64,000 nucleotides of DNA from Octopus sinensis (GCF_006345805.1 NC_042999.1:111228001-111292000); one strand, 5' to 3'. Numbered from the stretch's first letter, positions 1 through 14,672 are shown. The notes: generated by a model not told the origin, from the sequence alone. Numbers and translations: made by a program.

Positions 1-690
1 TCTGATTGCTGACCAGGCCCACACGACTCAAGCACCTCCTCCCACAAACCACACACTCATAGCTTCATAGATGATTCCTTCGGCCTCGCCACGGCTTCCT
101 ACAGAATAGTTATTGAAAAACCTGCAAGAGCAACCTGCTTCCACTCTTGTATTGTGAGCGCCTGTTAAAATGACTTTTATGTTAGGTGCACAACTAAAGG
201 TGACTCTTAGGTTGTGCTTGCTAAATGATTGCTTGTATATATGTGTGCGTGTGAAATGTTTATCTATTAACTTAAGGAAAATCTTTCCCACACAAGTCTT
301 GACGTTGAGCGAGAACGGTGGAGCAAACCAAACGACGTTTCTGCAGCGCTTCCTTTTGCGGGTGCTAGACCTTGGCACGTAAGAGATGCGGTCCTTAAAC
401 CAACTCGATGACAGTGCCTCGTTGCAGTAGGGGGCAGCGGCGTCAAAGATATCTTGACAAGAGGAGAGATTCGAGATCCTCTTGCTTACACCCTTCACTA
501 GGTTCTTAAAAGTGCTAACATAGGACAGCTTCTCATTTGGCTTTTGATAGGGCCTGTATGTACCAGAGCCCAAATCTAAAGTAACATCTGGGAATCTACT
601 GTGGTGAGATTACTCTCAATGGTAATCTTGAGTCCCATTGAACCTAGCGCGCTAATTATTTCCTTTCCAAGTCCATCTTGCGTGTGCTCA
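1..690 (-). mobile_element. Penelope-like element remnant: C-terminal RT, linker and start of GIY-YIG endonuclease, frameshifted near 575
   Basis: ORFs 576-863 and 28-573 join to give GLKITIESNLTTVD..(L)GSGTYRPYQKPNE..RKRKRCRNVVWFAPPFSLNVKTCVGKIFLKLIDKHF..CSCR..IIYEA, which follows the PLE RT-linker-GIY-YIG pattern. Confidence 0.88.
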
Positions 691-973
691 TTGAAATATG
701 TATATGTATATATATATGCGTTTATATATGTATATACATATAAATGTATGTATGGACAGATGTATATACATACATATACACACATGCATACATGCGCACT
801 TGCACACACACACTCAAACCATTCACACACACGCACGCACACGCACACATATATATTGTGCATATATTAAACATTATTACGCATTTTACAAAATTAGATA
901 TTTCTTATTACGAATTATTTAACATAGATTTCTACATGTCTCTCTATATATTTGTGTGTGTGTGTGTATGTGT

Positions 974-1023
<50 letters not shown>

Positions 1024-1029
1024 ATATAT

Positions 1030-1065
<36 letters not shown>

Positions 1066-1127
1066 GCGTGTGCGCGCACACTCACACACACGCTCACATA
1101 TTTATGCATATGCAGTAGTAGTAGTGA

Positions 1128-1385
1128 AGGCACATGGCTCGTGAGGTTGTGAGTTTGATTTCCGGACCGGGCTGCATGTTGTGTTCTTGAGCAAGATACT
1201 TTATTTCACGTTGCTCCAGTCAACTCAAGTGTAGAAATGAGTTGCGACATCAGTGGTGTGTTGAGGAGAGGCTGGTATGCATGGGCGACTGCTGGCCTTC
1301 CATAAACAACCTTGCCCGGACTTGTGCCTCCGTAGGTAACTTTCTAGGTACAATCCCATGGTCATTCATGACCGAAGGGAGTCTC
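1128..1385 (+). mobile_element. tRNA-derived SINE with CORE-like domain
   Basis: Degenerate B-box-like head (gagtttgatttcc) followed by tgtgttcttgagcaagatactttatttcacgttgctccagt; a related partial copy lies at about 3870-4015. Confidence 0.7.
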
Positions 1386-1431
1386 CTCCTCCTCCTACAG
1401 TAGTACCTCTGATCACGAATAAATCGTGCTT

Positions 1432-1465
<34 letters not shown>

Positions 1466-1575
1466 ATATGTGCGTGTGTGTGTGTCTCTGTGTGTGTGTG
1501 TGTGTTAAAGCACGATTTATTCGTGATCAGAGTTGTTCGAAAACCGAGGTGCTACTGTATACATAGATATATATA

Positions 1576-1619
<44 letters not shown>

Positions 1620-2099
1620 TATATCGTTTATGTATATGTGGATATATGTTGTTTATATAAACATACGCAGACAGAACATATAAGAGGGAAAGAGGGAGAA
1701 AGATAGAGAGAAAGAAAGAATTGGAGACATGAAAACACAGACACATGTACACACTCATCATTTACACGCATATATCCATACACACACATACGTATGCAAT
1801 GTTATATAATCATCTAAGCCGTTACCAAAACCAAAATAACAGTTTAAAAAATTTTAAAAAGAAAGAAAAATTGTTTAAAATGTACCATATCTGGCAAACA
1901 CTCTCATGGGTGTTGAGAGATGAAATAGATAGATTTTATGCATAAGATGACAATCTTTTTACGATAAGTTCTGGAGCTGTTGGAAATGCTAGCTCTTCCG
2001 ATACGTGGATTCTTCGTAAAAAAAAGATAGCTATCTTTTGACTACTGAAATAATCATGGATAAACGGGGGTCAGTGTTATTGTGTTCAAGTGTCGACGA

Positions 2100-2377
2100 C
2101 GACAACGATGATGATGATGATGATGATGAGAAGGAGGAGGAGGAAGCGGGAGAGAAGGAGGAAGAGAATGACGACGGTAATCACCATCATCATTAGCATC
2201 ATCATTAGCATCAGCCTCACCACCAAAAATACCACTATCACCATCACCATCACTGCCACCATTAGCATCACTACCACCACCAACATCACCACCACGATTA
2301 TCGTCACCGTCGTTGAGGTCGTAATCATATCATCATCTTTTAATTATCATCATCATCATCATTACCATCATCATCAA

Positions 2378-2434
<57 letters not shown>

Positions 2435-2480
2435 TATCCTCATCATCCCCATCGACGTCGTCATCATCAACCATTATCAT
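2100..2480. repeat. Compound trinucleotide microsatellite (GAT/GAG/CAT)
   Basis: Direct reading; explains the poly-M/R/H ORF 2090-2518. Confidence 0.95.
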
Positions 2481-2949
2481 GTTTATTTTTTCATAATTTT
2501 AATACGTATGTTGGTTGACAGTAACGAAATTGCCAAAGAAATTAATTTATAGATTATATTAAAAAAAGGATATTAATTATTTATTTATATTAAACCAAAA
2601 AAAAAAATAGAAAGGCAAAAGGAACATGTCCAAAATAAATATCTAAAATTTCAAATAGGAACAAACAGTAATAATTACACTAAAATTACTAATGACTACA
2701 CTGTGTGGTATTATCATGAAATATTATTTACGCAGAGATTAATTCGAGACTCATTATTACACATTGATATTTATTTAATGATATATAGACATTTTATATA
2801 AGATTATATATATATATGCATGTATACATAAATATACATATATATATATAGTTATACGTGTGTGCGTATGTGATGTGTGAGTGTGTGTATTTGTATTCAT
2901 ATATATATATATATATAATAAATAACAAATAATATAATATATATACATG

Positions 2950-3410
2950 CATATATGGGCACAGAACATCACCAACAGTGGGAAAATGGGAAACAGGACA
3001 AGTAAACACATAGAAAGGACTTTTCATCAGTTGTCGGCTGTTTATCTACTTCTCATTTCGAGCATTCAACGACTAAATGAGTCTTCAGAGACAGTAGCTC
3101 CTATGAATTCTAAAATAAAATTTAGGATTTATAGAGGGGCGAAGTTGGGAACAAATATATGACAGTGGAGGCATACAAGGAAAGCGAACGAAAACAAACA
3201 TGGAGAGTCGTTAGAGCAGAACAAGTGGAAAATAGGGAACGCTGTGAGAAACATTTGTTTGGAAAGAGAAAAGGTAGAAGAGAGAGAAAAACGTCCGTTC
3301 ATTTGCAAGTCCGTGCAGGAAAAGAAAGATGGCCGATGGTCACATATGAGCAACGATTGTCGTTGAATGTTCGAAATGAGGATTAGATAACCGACAATGT
3401 GTGTGTGTAT
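2950..3410 (-). mobile_element. Probable solo PLE terminal repeat with a decayed hammerhead motif
   Basis: Minus strand reads TATAAAT, then ctactgtct-CTGAAGA-(stem II remnant)-GAAA-tg-agaagtag at 3046-3097. Stem I can pair but the palindromic stem III is deleted. Confidence 0.5.
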
Positions 3411-3626
3411 CAATCTATGTGTGTGTGTGTGCGTGTGTGTGTGGTCATAGTTGTTTGATTAATGATTTATGGACAGTAGACATAAGTTAAAATCAGAACA
3501 GTAATGATCGAGCTAAGAAGGAATATACAGTGCGTTCATTTGGCAAGAAAAAATATGATCATCTCGAAATACAACAATATCTGTTTCAATACACGGTTTC
3601 ACATCTGGAATGTTGCAAGACAGACA

Positions 3627-3629
<3 letters not shown>

Positions 3630-3725
<96 letters not shown>

Positions 3726-3750
3726 ACACACACACACACCACACACACAC

Positions 3751-3845
<95 letters not shown>
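3630..3845. repeat. Compound (TA)n-(CA)n-(GATA)n microsatellite
   Basis: Direct reading. Confidence 0.95.
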
Positions 3846-3846
<1 letters not shown>

Positions 3847-4089
3847 CGATACTAATATCGGCTGACGATCCGAAGGTCATAATTTCAACTCCAGGTGGTG
3901 CGTTGTGTCCTCGAGCAAGACTTTATTTCACGTTGCTCTAGTCTACTCGACTGGTAAAAATCAATTTTACCTACAGTTCAAAGGACCAGCCTTGTCACTG
4001 AAGAGATTAGATGTCACCAAAACTCAAGAGAACGTATCTACTAATTAAATTAACATACCGTAGATATCATACACCAATAATAATGATAA

Positions 4090-4530
4090 TAAATGTTTCG
4101 ACTTTTGGTATCGGGCCAACGATTGTAGGGACGGGTTAGTTGACTATATCGATTCAAATACTGGAGTGGTACCTAATTTATCGGTTCTGAAAGGACGAAA
4201 AAGCAAAGTTGATCTCAAGCGGATTTGATTTCTGAACGTAAAGAACCGGAATGAAATGATGCTAAGCATTTTGTTCGATGCGCTAACGACACCGCCAGCT
4301 TCCGCCTTGTTAATGTAATTATTAATAATAATAATCTTTTCTGTTATAGGTACAAGGCCTAATTTTTGAAAACATGGGTAAGTCGATCACATCGACCTTA
4401 CTACGCAACTGGTACTTATTTTATCGACCGCGAAAGGATGAAAGCAAAGTTGACCGCGGCGATATTTGAACACAGAACGTAAAGACGGACAGAATGCAGC
4501 AAAGCATTTTGTCCGTCGCGCTACTAATTC
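4090..4530 (-). mobile_element. Two adjacent copies of a SINE with a Nin/Deu-like core
   Basis: Both (4090-4310 and 4335-4530) are the reverse complement of the core gtcgactttgcttttcatcctttcggggtcgataaa..aagtaccag seen at 42680-42760 and 43825-43870. Confidence 0.75.
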
Positions 4531-4644
4531 TCCCAGCACCTGCAGGTTCATACCCAGATACAGTACCTGTGACTGCTTTGTTAGATTATCAGGCAATAGC
4601 TATCTTAGATTCAGATCTTATCCGATAGGCACGGTTAACATGTA

Positions 4645-4900
4645 TATATTTTGTCTTGGTGTAAAAGATGGGGTACAGTAAATATTCTGCTCAGTACTGT
4701 AGATTTGCTTGTCACTTGCCGGGACTTAACCAGTTGAGAATGTCCCTTAGTGGTTGACAATATGTGCATCTCTGATCGTGAGCAGGAGTAGTGAGGGAGC
4801 ATTATAGCCACGTGTTAGAGGGATTCTTGTGCGTTTGAATATTTAACTCTTTTAAACATGAACGTTTCGTTCATCAACCTTTCAAAAAGCTCAGGGACCT
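4645..4900. mobile_element. Interspersed repeat, second family
   Basis: Clear similarity to 56950-57165 (aaagatg..tacag..attctgctc..agatttgcttgtca..ttaaccagttgag.atgt.ccttagtgg). Confidence 0.7.
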
Positions 4901-5329
4901 TTTGAAGAGGATTGACTACTCGACCTGGTGCTTGTTAAATATTCAGTAACTTCCGAGAAATTTTTTGAGTTTTTTTTTACATGAGTTCATCTATCAATCC
5001 TGACATGCATAGAACAAGCTATTCCAGTCAGTCATTATACTATTCACCATTCTACTGCAACTTTAAGTGAAATATATTAAGTTCATCCCGATCTACCGAA
5101 GAAAATACACTATTAATGGACATTGACAAAAAGAACATGTCATTAGTTGAAAATGCATCTAGCAGAATTTAAAGTGTCATTAATAATTTTTCTTTAAACC
5201 GTTTATATGTGCTATAGACCAAAAGGTACATTACAAAAAATCTCGATTCCAATATTTACATATGCAAAGTAAATGGCCAAAACTCACGCAGACAAGCATA
5301 GCAGTAATTAAAATGGACAGTGGTATATA

Positions 5330-5381
<52 letters not shown>

Positions 5382-6089
5382 TATGAGTAGATATATTATA
5401 AAATATTTTATAACATTAAAACATAAAATTATATATACGTCCATCTATATTTTTGCTAACAATAATAATTTTATTGTTATAGTTCATTTTCTGATTTTAA
5501 TTATTTAATTCACTTCATTATCTACACTAATTCACTTCATTTAATTTAATTAATGACCTTGGGAATGGCATGACTGTCATCACACTGTCAAAAGTGCTTC
5601 CTATTTTAAATTTATTTATGATCTTGACGTACTAAGTTAGGGAACCAACACTATTTTTTCTTTCAATTTACGGGTGAATAAAACAAACATCTAATAATAT
5701 AAGCAAACAAGTCAGGGCGGTGGTGATGAGGTGAAGGGGTAAAGTGTATAAATAAATAAATATCTATGATTAAAGTAAACAAAAACACTTTTAAATGCCT
5801 TAGTTTGAATCTTAAGAAATGTTCTATCTTTAAGTGGTTTGAGCAACCTGAAGACTAATACAGGAAATTGAGTCCGTTTAGATAGAACCATAAACAGATC
5901 AATTAGTTCATCTGAGAAGTAGAAATATAAGATTAAATTCTAAAAAGGTCTACGATTAGGTATTCACTTAGAGATCTTAAGAAATTTTATACACTTTCCT
6001 TCTAATTTACAGGTATACATTCTCTGAACCGTACAAAGGTTTCTCAGGGAAATGGTAGTGTACAAGTTAATCATATCTCTTTAACAGTA

Positions 6090-6480
6090 TTCTTGGTTCG
6101 GAAACAAGCTTACGTGACTTACTATGCCCCAGACGGTAATGATTATATTTTACAAAAAAATATCAATGATAAGATATATCGTCACCATTTCTTTGTAAGA
6201 AAACCTCACTTTACTCAGATCTGTATAATTTTTAAGGTTTTCGTAGGTTTTCTATACTTCCAAACATAATAAGTGTTTAGAAAAAATATTAAACTTGCAA
6301 ATCTTTGTCCTTTTATAGATGTCAGCTACTCCACAGAAGGGAACAGATTTTTCGAAACCAGAGAGAAAGAATACATTTATAGACAACTACTTCGAAACTT
6401 ACTGTTTCTCTATCAAAATTATATAGTTATTCTTGTATTCATAATCATCAATTCAGATGCCTGTGTTCCAAGATGATGAG
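6090..6480 (+). mobile_element. Dong/R4-type LINE 3' fragment (REL endonuclease region), strongly decayed
   Basis: CPFIDV..REKEYIYRQLLRNLLFLYQNY..FIII resembles CPADVN..KEKEDICGQLLRNL*LLYPDYEFLFIPIIIGGLG at 12900-13260. Confidence 0.7.
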
Positions 6481-8344
6481 GTTATAATCCAGCAACGCTA
6501 GGGGTTTTGGAAGTAATTGTTGACCACTGAAGGGTGTTAGTGGACCAGTGGAAAAATTTTACTGCCGTTGTTAAGTAAGATCCAGTTTTGGTTTGTAGTT
6601 AGAGCTAAATTGGGCAAATAACATGTTGCCTACACATGGAAACATGACATAAAAACTTCTTGGTCGGAGTTATCTCACTTACATATCCACACTGATCTAT
6701 TGCACAGGGCCTGTTCCGACAGGATGTGAAATCTAAGCTCTGGTGGCATCAAGCAGATATGTTAAATACCAAATAGTAATCCCCTTTAAACTCCTTTCCT
6801 GATAGTATTTCTAAAAGATGCATAGCTTCTTTTTCTGTTAATTTTGGAGATAATAAAAAACTAGATTTTAAAAAATAACTTTAAAAATAATGGATCGGTT
6901 TTATGTCTGAAACACAAGAAGCTTATGTGATGAACAGTTTAAATATAAAAATTAACAGTTTAAAAATTGGCAGTTTTATGAGAAAAGTTTTATATCAGAA
7001 TTTGACAACTAGAAAGTAAGTGGGTTGCACCAGCTGAGTAGCTGAGGAGACTGGATCAAAGGAAATCGAAGTATCTTACTGAAGAGTACAACACACCACT
7101 TATGGGCTCCAAGAATTGAACCCACGCTCATAGGATCATAAAACAAACACCAATAGGCCATGCGAATTAAATATTTTATCATATTAATTGAAATAAGTAT
7201 ATGGGTTATAATTAGTTGAGTGTTGTAAACATATTAATGTAATAAACATCCAAAATACAATTCAAAATAAATGAGAAAAAGATAACATTAGCTCAATGAG
7301 TAATATTATTTTTTAAATGTTCAACATTTTAATCCATGCTTTGTTTAGGAGTGCGATATGATCGAAGCATCTCTGTAGTTATCTCCCGTACTTAGTAACA
7401 CGATTAAAATATTACACAATAAGCTAATGCATAATATATAATTAGAAATAATTATGCATTAATCCTTAATGCATAATGATTTCTAATTATATGTTAACAC
7501 TAACTTAACTGTTGTTTTTCATGCAGATCTCGCATCCGAGAAACTAAGCTGATAATTGATTTGTTTTCTTTTTCATTAATAAGTACTTTGAAACAAAGTT
7601 GAAATCATTACAACAATCTTAACGGTTCTTAAAGTTATTATTCTTTTCTTTTATATTTACGACCTTATACTTCGATTTATGTCAACGTAGGTTGAAGGGT
7701 TCAGGAAATAGAACAGGGCATACAACGAGGAGTGATTTTGTTGTTGTTTATTAGTCCCAGTTCAGTCTCTGATCAAGCAACCTTAGCATCAAAGACATCC
7801 CAGCTGTTACCATCTGTTTGTTTTTATAGGCACCACTACATTGTTCCATATATATTTTAATCTGGTAGAGTATAATACGACGGAGATGTGGAGGCTTTTT
7901 TTTCTATCAGCTGAAGGTACTATGTACAGGTTCCCTTGTCTTGTCTTAATGGTTCTGAACGACCCGTGACAGAATTCAGAGATAATAGAAGCCTCCGTCT
8001 TTGTTTTTTGACTCGTAACTTTTCGGTTACGATAGGTGAGATAAGTGCATATAATATATTTCTGTGATTAAATATATTTTTGCGATTAAATAACCACGTG
8101 TGTGTGTATGTTTGTTAATATACATACACATATATATGTATATGTGTGTGTGATGTACGTTTGCGCGTGTAAATATATTCATTTTAATTTTGAACGCACA
8201 ATCTTTATATTGAAAGTTCACCATCTTCACCATTTAGCTGTTAGATGTTCATTCACGAGGGAATAGTTAAAAGGAAATTAAAGAAGAAAATAAAAAAGAG
8301 AAAACAGAAAAAACACAAAATAGCGGGTATATACATATACATGC

Positions 8345-8575
<231 letters not shown>

Positions 8576-8899
8576 AAATTAATAGATGTTCCAACTTTAA
8601 CAGATGAATAAAGAAGATATGATAAATAAAAACAGAAATAAAGAATGAAAATTCCAAAAAGATGCTGAGAAAACAAAAGTACACGCGCTAAAACTCTATT
8701 TTAGTGATTCTTATCAAATGTTGGTGAAACCTCCAAGAAAAATGGTCACCTCAAAGTGAATTTTAAGATAGATGTCTTCAGGGTACATTGATGACTAGAG
8801 TGATGCAACTATGAATTCCTGCCAGGCACCAATTAGCGGAATAATCAGAAGCTATAATCAATGATATTTCGAATAGAATTTCATACACACACATACACG

Positions 8900-8987
<88 letters not shown>

Positions 8988-10979
8988 GACACACACACGC
9001 ATACACACATATATATGTATATATTACGTATGTTTATATATGTGTGTGTGTATTATATTTTCATTTTTAAAAATGTTTTTTTCATTTTGTCGCCTTTTAT
9101 TTTCTTTGTCTTCACTGAGTCAAATTTTTTCTCAGCATTCTTACAAGATTGTTTAAATCGAGAATAGATATATTCGTAGAATATCATAGATGAAATGCCT
9201 TCAGCGTTGAAACAACGATGAATGCTGTTTGATAGAGAATTAAATGTTATAGTAAAAGTTAAGCAAAGGCAAAATGTTGAATGTATTACGTACTGACTGG
9301 TGACTTAATGATCATAAGTTCATATCTGTTTCAGGCAGTTTGTTGCGTCTCTTTCCAGCAGGACACATAAATCTTACATTATCTTAGATCTAGACAGATG
9401 GTGTCGGTTTTCTCTGAAGAAATTTACCTACAGTAAAGTGTCATTATAACCATGGTAAGATCTATCTCTCATTAAGTTTATGCTATAGAATTCAGCATCT
9501 TTGTTTTTTGTAAAAAGGATTAACTTCATGAGATTCATTAAGATGAAAATAACGATTTCTTTCTTTGCCACATTGGTCAGCCATGAGATAAAGCCCTACT
9601 AAAGAATTTCTGTTGTAAAAGTTAATCAGTCAAAAATCTTATTAAAGAATCTCTGTTGTAATAGTTAAACACGATCTATTTAAGTAACAAAGGTCCTTGT
9701 CGTCCCATGCTTTGTGACTGGATGTTGGATGCAGTATAAGATTTCTGTGTACGCTGTAGCAGGATGTACGAAACGTGGGAGAATTTGTTTTGGAAACGAC
9801 ATAAATATCGATAAAAATTCTTTCTAATCTAAGGAAAAAGCCTTAAAATTTTAAGGTGGAGGGATAAAAGATGAAAAGTAAAGTCAGCTTCAGTGGTGTT
9901 TGAATTCAGAACGTATTACCGAGAGAAACGACGCTATGTTTCTTTGTTTTTAGTCTGGCGCAGTTTGTATTCTGCTAGCCAGGCGCCTTGATAACGATCC
10001 TTAATAACGCAACACGCGTAATGTTTCCCCTTCATCCCTTCAGAACAATTGTGTCATAAAAACGAATAAACAAAATGCTACTTTTAGTTCAAAGATCAAT
10101 AGTAAATAAATGGATCACAATCGGTTTTGATGATGAGGTTTCGAGGAAGAATGATTACTTATTGAATTATAGTTTGTATACGTGGTTGAGTATTTCGTAA
10201 ACACTTGTACACTTAAAGTATCCCAGACAAAATCAACGTGACACAGTGTGCGACAAGACTGACTCTTTCACTGAGTTATTCACCTTCCCGAGCTTTATTG
10301 AAGTACTGTGTCACCGTGTATTTTTATAATGTATCCCATTTGGGTATAGAATTATAATAGAAAACTAAAACTATAATTTGTGCCAAGGAAAGATCCATTG
10401 TAGAATCATAGAATCAAAACAGAATTTCTATAGTAACTATTGTCAGGGAAGCAAAGAGGAATTTTGTCTCTGACAAATAGTTAGTGGAGTGGAAGATAAT
10501 GTTTTCTAACTTAAGCTGACATCACTTGTGATTTGATAGCAGTAATACTAGAAAGGAGAAAATAGACATAAATGTGTCTATGTATGTATAGATATGCACA
10601 GACACATACAGACATACGCTCAAATGTGTGTGTGTTTATGTATGTATGTATGTATGTATGACATCACACGCTAATATCAATACATACGTCGCATACATAT
10701 AAAAATAACTTATAAAGCATCAGCTTTAAAAGATAACCTTTAATTTAATCTTGAACATATATCAAATGACAATAAAAATAGGATTATATAAAGACAAAAG
10801 AAAAAAAAAGCAAGCAATACATTTCTAAAGCAGACCTGGAAAAATAAAAAGAAAAGAACAAAACACAAAGAAATATGGATGACTTTCTGACTTTCTTAAA
10901 TGAAAGTTATTTACAGTGGTTAGTTTATGTGATAGTATTATTGTGATCGTATGATTTGCACACTTTGGTAAACATGTAC

Positions 10980-11170
<191 letters not shown>

Positions 11171-11362
11171 CATACATATACATTATTACATATGTATGTA
11201 TGTATCTATGTGTGCATGTGCGTGTGTGGTTGTGTGTGCAACTACGAAAATGCATTTGTGTTTGCGTGTGATACGTGTATGCGTGCACATGTAGCACACA
11301 TAGAAGAGATGACACGTACAAGTATAAGTATATATATAATTATACGTGCATATATATATGTA

Positions 11363-11440
<78 letters not shown>

Positions 11441-12101
11441 GCATATAGACTCATCTATATATACAAATATACACACGTATATCTTTAAAATTCGAATACG
11501 TGTGTTTCTGATTGTCATATATACTTCTCTGACAACACTACCACACAGGCATTGTCGTCCAGATATGCATCCACATGCAAATATATGTATGAACATATAG
11601 ATATGCACACGTACACACGCACGAGCATACATACACTCATGCCAAATCATATACAGCAATACATAAATACGGATATACAACAGAAAATACATAGATACCA
11701 ATAAAGAGAATTTATCTGTAAATCTAGAACTATCCATACGAATCATTTGTACCCGCATCACTTATGACCTTTACTCCAAACATTGCTTCGGCTTTCTTCA
11801 AAGGACTAAAATGATCACCGCTTTCTTGTTGCATGTGTTATTTTTACGAAATACTTACAATGGAAACTTCTGTTTTTTTTTTAATTTATCATCCATGTTG
11901 TTCAGTGAGATCTAATTCAATATGATGTTGGAAATTTCATTGTCTGTCTATTCTGTGCGTTAGATTCTTACTGTTCCTTTGTCTACCTGTCTAATCTATG
12001 AACCTGTTACTATTAACATGTAAGTATATAAATAACCATGTAACTTATTTTGTGTCCGTGATGTTATATATGTATATGAATATGTATATGTACATACATG
12101 C

Positions 12102-12139
<38 letters not shown>

Positions 12140-12899
12140 TTGTGTATGTGTGTGTACATGCATATATATATATGCATATGTGTGTGTATGTATATAAGAT
12201 TTGTATGTATATATGTTTTTATGTATGTCATTCTAATCTCTATAGCATACGTAATGTAAATAGACCGTTAAAAGCCTAGAAACTGTAGCATTCATCACAA
12301 GAAATCATCTCGTGTGGGCGAATAACGTAGAAAAATACATAAATATATGAGGAGCAGACGAAAAGTATCTAACAGCGGTAGCAGAATTGCTAAATAACTT
12401 GAGTACCATATACAGAATGCTACATTGAACTAATACCGTTTCCACCTCTAATAATGAATATGTATAGAACCTATAGGATAATTACAAAGCCTATGATTTG
12501 CCAATCATATTTTCTCTACATAGAGAAAATTAGTAGTGGCTAATTTAATCTTTTCATTTTTAAACACGATAGATACTAAATACATGCAACTGATTGCGAC
12601 TGATGACGCTGAAAGAAGTAGAAATACATATTTAGCAAATCCACTACCGCTGCTACACATTTTTTTGTCTGGTACTGATATATTTCTGTGCTTTTCTTTT
12701 GTCATTAAACGTTTATATTACCTGTAAAACTATTATATGAAAATATTTATACGAAAACATATTTTAGTATTATTAATTTCATATATTTAAATGTATGGAA
12801 AAAATTGAACCCCTATGATAAAAAAATAAAACTAGATAATTTAAACAAAAATTATGTATATGTGCATGCTTGTATGTATGTCTCTTCTTTTTTTTAATT

Positions 12900-13500
12900 A
12901 TTATAAATCTACCACTGAGTAGTGAGTCGGTTTCCAACAAAGATAGAAGGCTTCATCTTTGGGTTGTAGTTAACACAGACAAATTCACATTTGTAACTTG
13001 AAAAAAGTCTTCTATATTTTGACTGCTCCACTCAAAGATTGCACTGGTAATGTACGAATCAGCCAGTTGATTTCTCTTTCTGAAAATCTCAGTTCATCCA
13101 GATTATCCTGTAAGTATTAACTAAGAAAACCTAGTCCTCCAATTATTATTGGTATGAACAGGAATTCATAGTCTGGATATAGAAGCTATAGGTTTCGAAG
13201 CAGTTGTCCACAGATATCCTCTTTTTCTTTCATTTTCAAAAAGATATTTACATTTGCAGGGCAGCTAACATCTAACATGGTAATACCTATGCCCCTCTGT
13301 CCAAAACAGCAATATCTGGCAGGTTATGTTTACACTTGACTGAAATTTGATGGGAATATTCCACCAGTATTCCTTGAGTTGGTGTTTATGAATGTATTCC
13401 ATAACAGAGGGATTTTCTAAGTTTATTTCAGGACATTCATTTTTGTGGATGGCATTGTAAATTGTTTTAGCAACAACATTGTACCGCATAGGGAAGTGGT
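12900..13500 (-). mobile_element. Dong/R4-type LINE 3' fragment (REL endonuclease domain)
   Basis: FPMRYNVVAKTIYNAI..KEYWWNIPI..ISCPADVN..KEKEDICGQLLRNL*LLYPDYEFLFIPIIIGGLG; the 5' end abuts a (TATG)n tract at 13503-13640. Confidence 0.85.
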
Positions 13501-13501
13501 G

Positions 13502-13533
<32 letters not shown>

Positions 13534-14180
13534 TGTATGTATGTATGTATGTATGTATGTATGTATGTATGTATGTATGTATGTATGTATGTATGTATGT
13601 ATGTATGCATGTATGTATGTATGTATGCATGTATGTATGTATGCATATATATATGCATGCAAATATTGATCATATAAAAGAACTGGAGCGAGAGAATAAA
13701 TCTTTATTCCATATGTGGACAGCTGTGTCATAGTCAGTGTTAGTTACATAAGAACACTACAATTTGTGCCACACCCCCATACATATACAGTTATTGATAA
13801 GCACATTTGTGTATGTGTATGTTTTTTTTAAGTATGTAGGTGCGTATGTATGAATATGTACATGCATTTGTAATAGAATTGTAAATTTGGAGTTTTTCAC
13901 AAGATAACTGCTTCTCAACAAATCTAGATTACTGTGGAATGTTATGCTCACTAAAGTGATGTACTTTGTTCATGGATGGTGTTTAGCCCCAAGTTAGCCT
14001 CGACTCAGCAAATCTCTTATTAAAAGCCTTTTATCCATGGCTATCTTGTCCATCTCTAATTTAATGTAATACGTTTCTAAAAGTAATGTACCGTTGCTGA
14101 ACCAGTTTTGTGGAGCTGAATTAAGTATGACATAGTTAATGAAAATATGAAATAAATGCACGTAATGAATGTATTGGTAT

Positions 14181-14460
14181 TTATTGTGTACTCCATCCCA
14201 TGCAGATGTGGTAGTTTGTACAAAGGCGAAACATGCCGCCCCCTCAAAATAAGGAGATGTTGATAAATCGGGTATAGCGATCATGTATTGGAAAATGAAG
14301 CCCGCCTCTTCCTGTGGGAGGAAGTTGAAAATAGACAGAGAACACCACTGGAAAATGCGAAAACTAAAAGAAACAGCACATATGCTAGCAAAAAGCAACC
14401 TCCTAAGCAGACCGAGTGCAGATATGAGTAGCATATGGGCACCATTATTAAGATAGGATA
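14181..14460 (+). mobile_element. PLE GIY-YIG endonuclease 3' fragment
   Basis: Plus strand reads VYSIPCRCGSLYKGETCRPLKIR..SGIADHV..LWEEV..DREHHWKMRKLKETAHML..LLSRPSADMSSIWAPLL, with frameshifts. Confidence 0.88.
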
Positions 14461-14499
14461 GGAAAATATTAGATTTATAAAGCCGAAAATTCACTCCAC

Positions 14500-14574
14500 G
14501 GTCATATGACGAAAAGGTTAAAAGCGTGGGCTACTAACCCCAAAATTCCGAGATCGATTTCAGGCAGTGACCTG

Positions 14575-14575
<1 letters not shown>
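14500..14575 (+). other. tRNA-like segment with A-box and B-box-like motifs (not a functional tRNA)
   Basis: tgacgaaaagg (14507-14517), gggCTACTAAccc anticodon-like loop, gagatcgatttc (14550-14561); the arms pair poorly. Confidence 0.55.
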
Positions 14576-14626
<51 letters not shown>

Positions 14627-14672
14627 TTGAAAATACCTTATGAATGAGAGCCCAGGTTCGAAATTTCCCCAA

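Noticed and set aside
5868-5900. CTGAAGA..GAAA as a hammerhead
   Set aside because: Only a 2-bp stem II and no stem I complementarity.
6013-6320. About 100-codon open plus frame after an acceptor-like site at 6012
   Set aside because: It overlaps the decayed Dong/R4 fragment and is better explained as a transposon remnant.
13994-14494. 166-aa minus-strand ORF that looks like a membrane protein
   Set aside because: It is the antisense shadow of a PLE GIY-YIG fragment encoded on the plus strand (14181-14460).
14500-14575. tRNA gene
   Set aside because: The acceptor and T arms do not pair and the anticodon stem has only 3 bp; treated as a tRNA-derived segment.
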